From Eledone cirrhosa (lineage: Eukaryota), in the NCBI GenBank assembly GCA_964016885.1, contig OZ024742.1, forward strand, positions 201,624,001-201,688,000: a stretch of 64,000 nt of DNA. The letters are read 5' to 3'. Shown piece by piece: positions 1 through 14,076 of the stretch. The notes beneath the pieces are model-generated. The model was given only the letters and a program-made list of their open reading frames with translations. It made no database searches and was not told where the DNA came from. Position 1 is the first letter of the stretch, and each line of letters begins with the position of its first letter. Position numbers and translations under genes: made by a program.

Positions 1-1658
1 TGGTTTCTTCGGAGCAATTATTTAGTGATTTTTTACATACTTGACCTCCTTTTCAACACAAGAAACATATAGAAACATATGTATATATTGACCCACAGGG
101 GGTTGACATCCATCAAAATAATATAGCATGGCAAAGATTACAGTCATATTAAAGGACAAAATTAAAGTTAAAATAAAAATAAAAATAAAAATAAAAATAA
201 AAATAAAAATAAAAATAAAAATAAAAATAAAAATAAAAATAAAAATAAAAATTAAAATTAAAATAAAAATAAAAATAAAAATTAAAATTAAAATTAAAAT
301 TAAAATTAAAATAAAAATAAAACATTGGCAGTTTATGAAGATAAAGCAAGAGGAAAGTTTGGAGTAGCCAGTGTATGCAACAATCTCACGTGTGGCATGC
401 ACGTCCTATTTATACAAGATTATAGTGCGGCAGATTGTTACATGTAAAACGAGCAGTCAAAGCGGGCAATTAAGAGCATCATGGGGGCTGTACTGTTAAA
501 GCATTTTTCACACACACCTGTACGATATAGAAGCCCGTGTGTAGAGAAACACCAAAAATATCAAAAATATCAAAAATATTACAAATGAGAAGCAAAAGAG
601 CACCACTGTCCTCGCACACACCACCACTCACACAATCCAGGAAACCCAATTTATAGACTACATGTCCATCACACAATCCACGATGATTCAACATTGGGTG
701 CCTGGTGAATCATGTTAGAAAACATAGCTTGTCGTTCTCTATTCGATTCTATATAGCAGGTTGTTTTTGTTGTGAGAGTTGACATCGTATTATATTCCGG
801 AAGTGTGTGTGTGATTAAGGGGAGTTAATGCGTAAGGGGGGTTAATACGTAAGGGGAGGTAACTAGCTGATTTCCATAGTTAAATGTATTATCCTAAAGT
901 ACATTAATGGTGTTTCAAATGAGTCCCTATCATATAAGGTTATATACAATTTCTAAATTTAAGTATCTTATCTATAAATTACAGTGTAGTCTATCAAGAA
1001 GTACTAAAGGTGTTCATATTAGGATGATTACCTTCTATCATGGAGTGCCACAACCGAACATTCTACATGAAGAGTCAGACCTCCAAATCAATGATCTTTG
1101 TAAGTGTAGTCTACCCGCAGAACCTGGCAGGGTCTTATTAGAATCACTTCTATATATGACTCCTGGTAAGCTCTGGGTCATTGTATGTCTGAATGCATGG
1201 CAAAGTTAAATATCACCAGGGTGGTCCAGAGATCAATTCTCTCATACAAAGACACTAATCTGACCACCATGAAGCCATACATATACCTATAACTCATACA
1301 TCACCTGTACATAATTCATTGCACTCAGCATATAGATTATATAGCTCTTTTATGTTAATAAATTAATTACTTAATCTTCTATTTATCCAATGGTGGCACT
1401 CCATGCACGGGACAATGTTAGCACAACCAATTCAGTGCTTACAGTTTACATTAATTATATATTGGTGCAATGTAGTCCAAGTAATTTAAGGCCAATATAC
1501 CAAAAGTAGAAGTACATGAGGATATCTCTAGGGTATAAGGTACTATGAGGGTGTCACTATTTGCGTTAAAGTGGATTAATGGGTGTGGAGATGAGGTGTA
1601 AGGTGTGTGCCCCTGATGTTTGTTGCTAGAGATGGTGACGGGTTCAAGTCTGACATTG

Positions 1659-3327
1659 TTATATATTGGGTTTAAAGCGGTGTTGGCAAGACGCGAACAC
1701 TTCTGATTTTTTATTAAGGAGGTTATGGTTTGAGAAGATGATAGTATGGGTCTCTAGTAGACAGAGGTTACAAAATTTATTAGGTGGTTTGTACGATGTC
1801 GCATTACCTATCACTTCCCATTTAAGTGTATATGGTTTATTTTTAGTTTTTTGATAGTGTATGTAGCTAGATAGTGAAGTGGAGTTAGCTAGACTGTGTT
1901 TTTTGAAAGAGTGGAGGTGCGAATTGTATCTAGTTTTGAAGCAGTTAGTAGAGCCTATTTAGGTTTCAGAAGAGTTGTTAGTTGTGACTGTGCATGAGTA
2001 TATTATATCCTTGATTAAGCATTTTTTATCTAAAGGGCAGGTTCTATTTGATCTACAGTTACAATTATTCTGGGTGTTAGTCTGCCGGTTATTATGTTGT
2101 GTAGAAGTCTGGATGGTAGCTATAGGGTTATGGTTTGTGGGTTTTCGTTCCCAGCGTTATTGTTTACACTAGTGCTATTACTATTATTTCTATTGATATT
2201 AGGGTTAGTTGCTATAATGTTATTTTGAAGGTTTATCGTCTGTTGTGATTTAGTTTGTTGGAAGTAAGAATTATTTTTTCTTTTATTGCTACTAGCTATG
2301 TGGTATGCTATGTTAGGCGTAGTAGAGTAAGATATTTTAATAGTGTTTTTGTTTAAAAGGCTATGGTACTTGTGGCCGGGTGGGAAGTTTTTATCTAGTA
2401 GTGAGAAGAAAGCCCTAGGTAGGTTGGTAGAGACGTTTAGATTGAAAGGAGTGTTGAAAAATGTATTATTTCTTCTTCTATTTTTCTTTTTTATGTCTGG
2501 TGAGTTGTTTCCTCTTATGGTACTATGGTAATTTCTGTGGTGTGGGTTACTTTTGTTGGTATCCTCCCTATTAGTGTGTATGTGATTGCTATTCCTATTA
2601 CTAAATTTTTTCAAGGACATGTTGTGCGAAATAATGTTGTAGCTATGTGTTTTTGTAGGTAGGAACTCGATCTCTATATTATGGCCTGATCTAGCTAATG
2701 CCTGATTATAATATTGCGAGTTTTGGCTAAATATGTTTACGTCATAGGATAGATTAGAGATTCTATTAGATACTCCCTTAGAGATAGAGTTTAATATAGA
2801 TCTAGGGTGGTTAGACTTGGTATCTACGTAAATGAGTTTTTCATTCGGTTTGTGGAAAGGTGCATATATCTTTGAGTCTAGGTAGAGCGTGGCGTCCAGG
2901 AAGTTAACGTTTTTAGTGTTTTTGTCCATGGTAATACTAAGGTTATAGTTTTTGAATGTCTTGTGCAATAGTTTTCTAGTTCTTTCTATATTGAATTTTT
3001 TATAATCTATAAGTAGAAGTGCATCATCGCGGTACAAACCACCGTTGAGGTATGGAAGGTCCTTATGGATTTCGTTAAGTAAATATAGGCCGACTAAATC
3101 AGTGACCTGCGCCGAGTCACTAGATCCCATGGTTATGTCGAAGTTGTTTTGCGTATGTTTGCGGGTCCATAATTGGTCTTCAAAGGTGATTACTGTTTTA
3201 CGGGCCGCAAGTATGACATCAATCTGGGGTCTAGTCAGGTCACTATTTCCATGGCCATTATAAGTGCCTTATTTAATAGGATAGGGGAAATAGAGGTGTA
3301 GTATGAATTGAAATCAAATTGAATAAA
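1659..3327 (-). pseudogene. Inverted copy of the same PLE RT/GIY-YIG region
   Basis: ORF 2120..3130(-) is near-identical to the + copy, with the same frameshift plus a few private indels and stops. Confidence 0.9.
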
Positions 3328-5194
3328 GCAACCCCTCGATTAGACTCATCTGCCCTTCCAAGTCTGACATTGGCATTATCAGAAAGAAAATTTTAGATAA
3401 AATCATCCCACAGATTAAACACAAGATATACCTTAAACAATGGGGAAATACAGGTGAAGTGATTGAATGGTTCAAAGATATCAAGGATAACAAGGATAAA
3501 AAATTTATTCAATTTGATATCAATTCATACTACACCTCTATTTCCCCTATCCTATTAAATAAGGCACTTATCATGGCCATGGACAATAGTGACCTGACTA
3601 GACCCCAGATTGATGTCATACTTGCGGCCCGTAAAACAGTAATCACCTTTGAAGACCAATTATGGACCCGCAAACATACGCAAAACAACTTCGACATAAC
3701 CATGGGATCTAGTGACTCGGCGCAGGTCACTGATTTAGTCGGCCTATATTTACTTAACGAAATCCATAAGGACCTTCCATACCTCAACGGTGGTTTGTAC
3801 CGCGATGATGCACTTCTACTTATAGATTATAAAAAATTCAATATAGAAAGAACTAGAAAACTATTGCACAAGACATTCAAAAACTATAACCTTAGTATTA
3901 CCATGGACAAAAACACTAAAAACGTTAACTTCCTGGACGCCACCCTCTACCTAGACTCAAAGATATATGCACCTTTCCACAAACCGAATGAAAAACTCAT
4001 TTACGTAGATACCAAGTCTAACCACCCTAGATCTATATTAAACTCTATCTCTAAGGGAGTATCTAATAGAATCTCTAATCTATCCTATGACGTAAACATA
4101 TTTAGCCAAAACTCGCAATATTATAATCAGGCATTAGCTAGATCAGGCCATAATATAGAGATCGAGTTCCTACCTACAAAAACACATAGCTACAACATTA
4201 TTTCGCACAACATGTCCATGAAAAAATTTAGTAATAGGAATAGCAAACACATACACACTAATAGGGAGGATACCAACAAAAGTAACCCACACCACAGAAA
4301 TTACCATAGTACCATAAGAGGAAACAACTCACCAGACATAAAAAAGAAAGATAGAAGAAGAAATAATACATTTTTCAACACTCCTTTCAATCTAAACGTC
4401 TCTACCAACCTACCTAGGGCTTTCTTCTCACTACTAGATAAAAACTTCCCACCCGGCCACAAGTACCATAGCCTTTTAAACAAAAACACTATTAAAATCT
4501 CCTACACTACTACGCCTAACGTAGCATGCCACATAGCTAGTAGCAATAAAAGAAAAATTAATTCTTACTTCCAACAAACAAAATCACAACAGACGATAAA
4601 CCTTCAAAATAACATTATAGCAACTAACCCTAATATCAATAGAAATAATAGTAATAGCACTAGTGTAAACAATAACGCTGGGAACGACAACCCACAAACC
4701 ATAACCCTATAGCTACCATCCAGACTTCTACACAACATAATAACCGGCAGACTAACACCCAGAATAATTGTAACTGTAGATCAAATAGAACCTGCCCTTT
4801 AGATAAAAAATGCTTAATCAAGGATATCATATACTCATGCACAGTCACAACTAACAACTTTTCTGAAACCTATATAGGCTCTACTAACTGCTTCAAAACT
4901 AGATACAATTCGCACCTCCACTCTTTCAAAAAACACAGTCTAGCCAACTCCACTTCACTATCTAGCTACATACACTATCTAAAAACTGAAAATAAACCAT
5001 ATACACTTAAATGGGAAGTGATAGGTAATGCGACATCGTACAAACCACCTAATAAATTTTGTAACCTCTGTCTACTAGAGACCCATACTATCATCTTCTC
5101 AAACCATAACCTCCTTAATAAAAAATCAGAAGTGTTCGCGTCTTGCCAACACCGCTTCCGACACTCCTTCCAAAACTTTAAACCCAATATATAA
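3326..5194 (+). pseudogene. PLE reverse transcriptase + GIY-YIG endonuclease, 5'-truncated, one frameshift near 4676-4710
   Basis: RT motifs FIQFDINSYYTSI, ITMGSSDSAQVTDLVG, GLYRDDAL, VNFLDATL. The -1 frame from ~4763 reads CNCRSNRTCPLDKKCLIKDIIYSC...TYIGST...FKTRYNSH...CNLCLLE...LLNKKSE. Confidence 0.92.
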
Positions 5195-6854
5195 CAATGT
5201 CAGACTTGAACCTGTCACCACCACTAGCAACTAACATCAGGGGCACACCTTACACCTCATCTCCACACCCATTAATCAATTTTTACGCAAATAGTGACAC
5301 CCTCATAGTACCGTTTACCCTAGAGATATCCCCATGTACTTCTACTTTTGGTATATTGGCCTTAAATCACTTGGACTACATTGCACCAATATATAATCAA
5401 TGTAAACTGTAAGCACTGAATTGGTTGTGCTAACATTGTCCCGTGCATGGAGTGCCACCATTGGATAAATAGAAGATTAAGTAATTAATTTATTAACATA
5501 AAAGAGCTATATAATCTATATGCTGAGTGCAATGAATTATGTACAGGTGATGTATGAGTTATAGGTATATGTATGGCTTCATGGTGGTCAGATTAGTGTC
5601 TTTGTATGATAGAATTGATCTCTGGACCACCCTGGTGATATTTAACTTTGCCATGCATTCAGACATACAATGACCCAGAGCTTACCAGGAGTCATATATA
5701 GAAGTGATTCTAATAAGACCCTGCCAGGTTCTGCGGGTAGACTACACTTACAAAGATCATTGATTTGGAGGTCTGACTCTTCATGTAGAATGTTCGGTTG
5801 TGGCACTCCATGATAGAAGGTAATCATCCTAATATGAACACCTTTAGTACTTCTTGATAGACTACACTGTAATTTATAGATAAGATACTTAAATTTAGAA
5901 ATTGTATATAACCTTATATGATAGGGACTCATTTGAAACACCATTAATGTACTTTAGGATAATAAATTTAACTATGGAAATCAGCTAGTTACCTCCCCTT
6001 ACGTATTAACCCCCCTTACGCATTAACTCCCCTTAATCACACACACACTTCCGGAATATAATACGATGTCAACTCTCACAACAAAAACAACCTGCTATAT
6101 AGAATCAAATAGAGAACGACAAGCTATGATTTCTAACATGGTTCACCAGGCACCCAATGTTGAATCATCGTGGATTGTGTGATGGACATGTAGTCTATAA
6201 ATTGCGTTTCCTGGATTGTGTGAGTGGTGGTGTGTGCTAGGACAGTGGTGCTCTTTTGTTTCTCATTTGTAATATTTTTGATATTTTTGATATTTTTGGT
6301 GTTTCTCTACACACGGGCTTCTATATCGTACAGGTGTGTGTGAAAAATGATTTAACAGTACAGCCCTCATGATGATCTTAATTGCCTGCTTTGACTGCTT
6401 GTTTTACATGTAACAATCTGCCGCACTATAATCTTGTATAAATAGGAAGTGCATGCCACACGTGAGATTGTTGCATACACTGGCTACTCCAAGCTTTCCT
6501 CTTGCTTTATCTTCATAAACTGCCAATGTTTTATTTCAATTTTAATTTTAATTTTAATTTTAATTTTAATTTTAATTTTAATTTTAATTTTAATTTTAAT
6601 TTTTATTTTAACTTTAATTTTGTCCTTTAATATGACTGTAATCTTTGTATGTAAATTGCCATGCTATATTATTATGATGGATGTCAAACCACTGTGGGTC
6701 AATATATACATATGTTTCTACATGTCTATTGTGTTGAAAAGGGGGTCAAGTATGTAAAAATCACTAAATAATTGCCCCGAAGAATCCAAACAATTGTAAG
6801 CAAATAAATGATTTAAACTGAACTTTGATTCATGCAATCTCTCTCTCTATATAT

Positions 6855-8403
6855 ATATTGTTATACTTTGGGAGGGTCATGTTGCCAATAAAAACACACG
6901 CACCACTTGGTCTTCACTTCAATTTATTATAAATTTCCAGTTGGTTGGTCGGTCCGATAACCGGAACGTTGTTTATATATTGTCAAATCTCTTTCGTCAC
7001 ACATTCTGTGACCACCTCAGTGACTAGGTTTTTACTTTGTGTGTCTCTCATTTGTTCTGTCCTACACCATATTGTTTTTGTGTGTTGTGTGTTGTGTGCT
7101 TAGTTTGCGCATACATTACATCCGGGTGTGTGTTTTTATTTATTTATTTATGTATTTAAATATTTGTCAGTAGCTGGTTGTTTGTTCTATCTGTGTGTGT
7201 GATTTGTTTTGTTAATTTGGTTTTTGTGTCTGTCTGTATGTCTTCATTTTGTCCGTAATTACTAATTGTGATGTTGCTATTCCACTCAATTTTTCTGTTT
7301 AATTTTGGTTGAAGTTCGTTTCTATTTGTTGCCTCAGTGATTTGCCTCAGCATTGCATCTTTTCTGTATGTGGATATAATTTTTATCTCTATGTTCTCTA
7401 ATGTGCTCCTATGTTCTATTTTGGCATGTTGATGGAGTACTGATGAGTTTTTCCCATCCTAGAGTTTTCGCCAGTGTTCACTTATCCTCTCTCCTATGCT
7501 ATCGGCTGTTTCACTTATGTATCTTATATTCTTATTCCTACACTGTGCCTCAGTACATTTTATGCTATATACTACGTTCCTAGTTTTGCAGTTAATTTGC
7601 GGGCTTAGCTTGCAGACTATGCATTTCCTATCAGCACAGGGAGGGGGGGGGGGTCTTTGAAATGAGTATGTTTTGCTAATTAGGGTTTTTATGGGAATAC
7701 CTGGTATTTCAACTATCTTAATATTTAATTGGAGCTTATCTAGGGCCCTTCTAAATCTATAAGCTATTTTTACCTCTAGGGGTTGTATTGACGAACAGTA
7801 CACTCTGGTATTTATTGCTATCATAGCATGAGTTCATTTTATTTGCCATATTCCTAACTCTTTCTATTCTGTTCCAGAATTTGCTCCTATAAATGGGGCA
7901 AGTTCCATTTGCACCATTTTCTACAATCTTTGCCCATTTTGTTCTAGCTCCTTTATATACCCTGATCTTGTCTCTCTGATTGTAACCAGAGAAATGTAAG
8001 CGGCGGATGAAGTGTTGTATGTGTCTCTCTAATTCTTTTGGGTTGCACATGCGGGACACGTTCCTCATCACTCTTACTAAGTCCGCAATCCGTATGTTAA
8101 TTTTAACGTGGTACGAAACACCTGGTTTCGGTGGATCAGGTATTTGGAGGTCATGGGTTTGGCATAATGCGAATGGAGGATTTGCGTTCCATTACTAATA
8201 GTCTCCAACCAGTACTCTGTGTCTAGTACGATTAATCTATGGTTGGGGTGTTTATTTGGGTAGTCTATGGTAACACTAATACTTTTTTGGTGGAAGGAGT
8301 TAGCTATTTACTGGATGCTTTCCATGGTGTTTTTATTTAATTCCTGACTGTTCTCCTGTGGAGGTGTTTTTACTACGACATTTATGTCATCTACGTAGAG
8401 GGG
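6855..8403 (-). mobile_element. 5'-truncated PLE of a second family (RT YVDD, thumb, Cys knuckle, GIY-YIG) with 3' UTR
   Basis: The minus strand reads LYVDDINVV at ~8400. ORF 7459..7824 reads CADRKCIVC...NCKTRNVVYSIKC...YISETADSIGERISEH. A degenerate HHR-like motif lies at ~6982-7024. Confidence 0.82.
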
Positions 8404-9449
8404 GTACATATATATAAACACATAGAGATAGATTCAATGAATCGAAGTCAGTGTTGAACTGTGTTGAACAGTGTACACACTTTATTGGCCATATTACATT
8501 GGCAGTATCTGTTGAGGGTCGGACACGCTGCTTTGCAACAAAGAGATACGGCCCTTATCCGAGCCACAATTATAGTAGTGTTTCACACAACATCCGGCGT
8601 TTTAGCTCCTTTTTGAATCCTGTTGTCTTTTAAGACATTATATCTCCCATTTCCATAAGTTTACAAAATGAATATCCAATGCAATAACGTCTGCGTGTGG
8701 TCATGTCAATTCCTATGTAAAATGGCTCAAACACTGCCTTAATAAAGAAACTATTTGTCAGTACTATGGTATTGAGAACTCATTCTCGCGCCCGTCCCTA
8801 CATTTTGGCAGTTCTTGTAATCCATTGTCTCCTTTACGATCCAAAGAGACAGAAAGGCAAATATGCCTTCACCGAGATTTGAGCTATGTGATACGTAACA
8901 TATAGGGAGATGTATTATATCCGAGGCTTTATCGATCTTGACAACTCACCGTTTTCATCTAGGTTTAGGATATCATATATGACTGTCCTTTGTTTTGTTT
9001 AACGTGGGGGAGAATTTCAAGGAGATCTGACTCCTATGTGTTAACAGTCAAGTGACATCATTCAAAGTTTACCTTCATTGGGTGGTTTCCGCTGTCTTTC
9101 CCGGTCAAGGTCTGAATACAGCCAAAATCTTCCAGAATGAACTAAATGTAAGAACAAAGGACTTTAAAATGAAACAAGATTTGATTCCAGTACTTTATCT
9201 ATTTGCACCTGAAAGGACGAAAGTGAAATAAATCAGAGTTGATGTCAGCAAGATTTGTATTTAGAACACAGTGTCGGAACTAATAACGGGAGCCTTCCAT
9301 CCGACGATCTAACGATTCTGCCAATTCATTAACATAATATGCATTATACAACCGGGTAACTCTAATATAAATTATTACAACTGACATTCTTGTTGTATGG
9401 AGATTAATCTACCATTTAAAAGTGATATTTATAGTTCATAGACTAGAAA

Positions 9450-9460
9450 TATTATATATA

Positions 9461-9500
<40 letters not shown>

Positions 9501-9514
9501 TATATATGTATAAT

Positions 9515-9565
<51 letters not shown>

Positions 9566-9715
9566 TATATAATATATATATATATATAATATATATATAT
9601 ATATAATATATATATAATATATATATAATATATATATATATAATATATATATATATATATAATATATATATAATATATATATAATATATATATATATATA
9701 TTATATATATAATAT

Positions 9716-9801
<86 letters not shown>

Positions 9802-10036
9802 AATATATATATATAAATAAATAAATATATATATATAAATAAATATATATATATATAAATAAATATATATATATAAATAAATAAATATATATATATAAAT
9901 AAATATATATATATATATATAAATAAATAAATATATATATATAAATAAATAAATATATATATATAAATAAATAAATATATATATATAAATAAATAAATAT
10001 ATATATATAAATAAATATATATATATAAATAAATAA

Positions 10037-10105
<69 letters not shown>

Positions 10106-10140
10106 CATACATACACATATATATATATATATATATATGA
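9450..10140. repeat. Compound (TA)n / (TAAA) microsatellite
   Basis: Direct reading. It is one of many (TA)n, (CA)n, (GA)n and (TACA)n tracts, e.g. 14780-15030, 15480-15750, 17030-17700. Confidence 0.97.
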
Positions 10141-11927
10141 TATTTCTTAATGTACACTTATGTGCATTTATGTGTGTATGTATATATTTCATTCACTTTC
10201 TTATAATGATATATATATATATATATATATAGAGATAGATTTATATGCGCGTGTGTGTGTGTGTGCATTTACATGGACACATACGCATATACATACATAT
10301 ATAACGGTGTTGTAACTGAGTAAATAATGGCCTTTCTCTACAAATACAGCAGTAAATATGCAAGGTTTGGCAACCTCTACATTCCGTAGTGGTTTGTTGT
10401 CAAATCAACTAGAAAGCCAGTCTCAACCATCATTTAACATAGTTAATACACAAACATTAAGAACATATTCATTACGTTGACCAAACTTTCTACTCCCCTC
10501 TTTCTTTCTCTCGTGTGCGTGTGTGTTTTTATCCTTTTATATAAGGGGGGGGGGGCAGAAAAATGGCTGGTTTCTTAGAATGTTGGATAGAATGGTTTCC
10601 TGTATTCAATCATGCTCTCTCCGGGTTCTGAGTTCAAATCACGCCGATGTCAACTTTACTTTTCATGCTGTTGACGTCGACAAATCTGTATATCTTTCCT
10701 ACCTCACTTCCCACTTTATCTGGGAGAATCAGAAACTGGAGGGTGATACGCATCGCCATATTTTAAATGTTCAAAGTACGCCATGTATCAGGAAGGCGCC
10801 CCTACGATTCCATTAGCATTTAATGTTTAATACACAATCATTAGGGAAAATTTCCTTTCGTTGAATTACTGTATTTCTCGTCGTCGAAAACGCTTCGCCC
10901 TCGAGAACGGACCTCAATTTTGACAACCCCAAAAATTGAAAAATATAATAAACATAAGAATAAGTCTTGTTATTAGTATTTGCTGGTAAACCCTTTAACA
11001 TATTGCAGTTTTACTTTTGTGATTTAATAATATTCCCTTCAAATCAGGTTGTTTAAAGAGAGTGAAAATACTGAGTGAGAATACTGCAATATTGATACAC
11101 AACATGTAATAATATCACTCGTCAGTTGCCTCATGAATCATACTCTGTCCATATGGGAATGGCGTTTTGTCATTGCATATATATTTTAAAAAATGTTATG
11201 ATAATTTTGTTTATTTACTACTTTACCTAAGTATAATTTATACATTTTATTTAAAGGTCTTATACATGAGTTTAGATTACTGTTTAGCATAAATAATTTT
11301 TCTGCGGTTAGGATATGCTTATGAGAAATGTAACTTTCGACCCCCAAGACGCATGGTAGATTTTGGAGTTTTATTTTAGGGACAAATCATCGTTTCGACG
11401 TTGGGCAATAAGGTACATTTGCCCTTCTCATTCTCTTGGTTTGGGTTTTATTAGGGAGTTGGCTACCCGTCGGTTTCAACGACCAGTGTTTTAACTATTC
11501 GGACAACGGTACAGTCTACTCACGTAATTACCGTTCAAGTGGATGAACGTTTCACAAACACGTGTATCCTTAAAGTAGCTACCGTGGAAATTCAACTTCA
11601 AACAAATTTTGGATATGGCTGATCGTTTGTACTACAGGTACAACTAATTTTTGATAGCTGATTGGAATGGAACAACGTATAATAAAATGCCTGTTCAAAA
11701 ACACGACACGCCAATCGATCTGGGGATAGAATTCATAGCCATACTACCGTGAGCCAAACACACTTACCATTAAGTGATGTGTTCGTAAGCCTAAGACCCT
11801 AATATATAAGCTAGGCGTCTTCACCTGTAAGGAGTTTAGATCCTTTTCTCAGTATGCCAAGGTTTACTTCACACGAACGAATATATGGATTAGAAAATAT
11901 ATAAAATCCCTGTAAATGCTTATAGGC

Positions 11928-12305
11928 CAGTGGTTCCCAACATTGTGTGTACCATGCCCCACCTCAACATCTCAAAAATTGTAAAAACAGCAAGGATCAA
12001 CTGTACAGTATAAACTAATTGGTATATTGGGGGTGACAGATACGCACAGTAACTTCTGCAGAGGAGCAGGTGAGACAGGAGTTTCTGACAGTGACGTGTA
12101 CCATATAGGTGGTGCCAGATCCACACAATAGCATGTGTGGAGTGGGAGGAGAGACAGGAGTTTCTGACAGTAATGTGTACCAAAGTTGCCTTAGTGTCAA
12201 ACTAATGAGGTAAAGCCTGACATTTGTTTTCATTAACATTATTTTCAAATGACCCCTTTAAATATTCAAATCGGATCCCTGTGAACCCCACGTTGGGAGC
12301 CACTG
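11928..12305. mobile_element. Non-autonomous hAT (Charlie-like) MITE
   Basis: TIRs cagtggttcccaac / gttgggagccactg, with a perfect 8-bp target site duplication (TSD) ttataggc at 11920-11927 and 12306-12313. Confidence 0.88.
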
Positions 12306-12380
12306 TTATAGGCTAAGCTGAAAACCATATCACAAACATTATGTAACATTCTCTTAGTAACATCTTATGCTTATATATAT

Positions 12381-12429
<49 letters not shown>

Positions 12430-12446
12430 AAAAGAGGGGGAGAGAG

Positions 12447-12486
<40 letters not shown>

Positions 12487-12599
12487 CAACAAGGTGTTGT
12501 GTGGTTACTGATAAAATGTATTTAGAAATGAAAGGAAAGCACAAACAAGAAACAGGTCCCTTCTTTAGTTGTCTGCTGGGGGTCTCGGACATATATATA

Positions 12600-13566
12600 C
12601 AGAGTGGCGGACTAGGTCTAAAAATATTGGTTGCCAGATGAAGGGGTCCACCTACATAAAGAATGCTATTATTTAATTTTTATAATGAATAAATAACATT
12701 TTCAAAAAATACATAAGTGAAAACAAAACAGTGAAATCAAAGTTTTGCGGAAAAATATCTTACCTTCTCCAATAAAAAATATTATGTATTTTGCGAAATC
12801 CAGAGACTTTCAATAATGATCAGAAGTCGACCCTAAATATTACTAATAGCTCTAGGAAAGCCATGAATGACACCGCATCTTTTTAACTTTGATTATGAAA
12901 GTAGATTTATAATTATCAATTTTCATTATACATTTGTAACTGTCTCGGTGGCCTTGTTGGAGGAATCATAAACGGTGGTGATTCTGGTCTGAGGTTCGAT
13001 CTTAGTCGGGAGTAGGGTTCCCGGTAAACCTTTTTCATTCTTTTTCATAGGGTTGTAAAATAAAAACGGTTCCATGTACTTCTTGACGAGGATTGAACCC
13101 AAGGCCAAGGTCAAGATCTCCACCGTCTATAGTACCTACCGCTAGTCCACAGAGACCACTATGAAAGTCTCATAAAAATTCATACATATAAACCTATTTT
13201 CAACATTTTCAACACAAAGTGTTGTGGTGTCGTTCATGTCATTCTTAATGTTTTGCACCTACTTAAACTCGACTTCTAAATCATTTGGGGTGTTCCATAA
13301 GCTACATCCTCGATTTGTTTCACATCTAACTAGTCTATATTTTAACCTGTAATCCATGTTTCATTTCTGTTGCACCTCATTTCACCCCCGTCTCTTTAAA
13401 TTATTCTTTCTCTTAGATTTCAGGTAATTTTTTGAAAGCAAAGCGTTGGCCCTAAAATACTACAGTGGGCCCTGCAATGCTACTGTGGGCTCTTGCAATG
13501 CTACCGTGGGCCCCCTGGGTCCCACTTGCCATTGGGCAAACTTGCAACCTAGCCAGTCCACCACTG
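12600..13566. mobile_element. Non-autonomous TIR DNA transposon (hAT-like ends) in a TA tract
   Basis: Imperfect TIRs agtggcggactagg / cctagccagtccaccactg and GGGCCC-rich subterminal repeats near 13450-13530. Confidence 0.6.
12945..13160 (-). mobile_element. tRNA-derived SINE-like insert nested in the MITE
   Basis: Minus strand has an A-box-like tggactagcgg and a B-box gggttcaatcc. Confidence 0.5.
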
Positions 13567-13584
13567 TATATATATATATATAAC

Positions 13585-14025
13585 ATTCTGACGCACTCTA
13601 ATCCTGTATAAATAAGACACGCGTACATGCCACACTTGAGATTGTTTCATACACTGACTACTCTAAACTTTCCTCTTGCTTTATCTTCATAAACTGCCAA
13701 TGCTTCATTTTCATTTTTATTTTTATTTTTATTTTTATTTTTATTTTTATTTTTATTTTTATTTTTATTTTTATTTTTATTTTTATTTTTATTTTTATTT
13801 TTATCCTTTAACCTTTATATGTAAATTACCATGCTATATCATTTTGATGGATGTCATCCCATTGTGGATCAATATGTGCATATGTTTTTATATGTCTCTT
13901 GTGTTGAAAAGGAGGTCAAGTATGTTATAGATCACTAAATAGTTGCTACGAAGAATCCAAACCTCGGTTTGGAGGAAACAATTGTAAGCAAATAAATGAT
14001 TTAAACTGAACTTTGATTATTGTAA

Positions 14026-14026
<1 letters not shown>
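13585..14026 (+). mobile_element. Short 3'-end copy of the 1-6.8 kb PLE family, with (TTTTTA)n and a HHR
   Basis: Aligns by eye with 6410-6838. Confidence 0.85.
13943..13991 (+). ncRNA. Minimal type I hammerhead ribozyme (variant core)
   Basis: ttgct-ACGAAGA-a tccaaac ctcg gtttgga g-GAAA-caatt-GTA-agcaa, followed by aataaa. Sister copies at 6-17(-) and ~6772-6784(+) have the core CCGAAGA. Confidence 0.72.

Positions 14027-14076
<50 letters not shown>

Larger units (their letters stand above)
1..6838. mobile_element. Penelope-like retroelement, 5'-truncated, as a head-to-head inverted duplication (arms ~1-3327 and ~3503-6788)
   Basis: ORFs 2120..3130(-) and 3459..4712(+) encode almost the same protein, and their flanks are reverse complements out to the window start. 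The spacer 3328-3502 is unique sense RT sequence. Confidence 0.93.

Noticed and set aside
7438-7470. CTGATGA on the + strand
   Set aside because: It lies antisense within GIY-YIG coding sequence, with no stem II or GAAA following.
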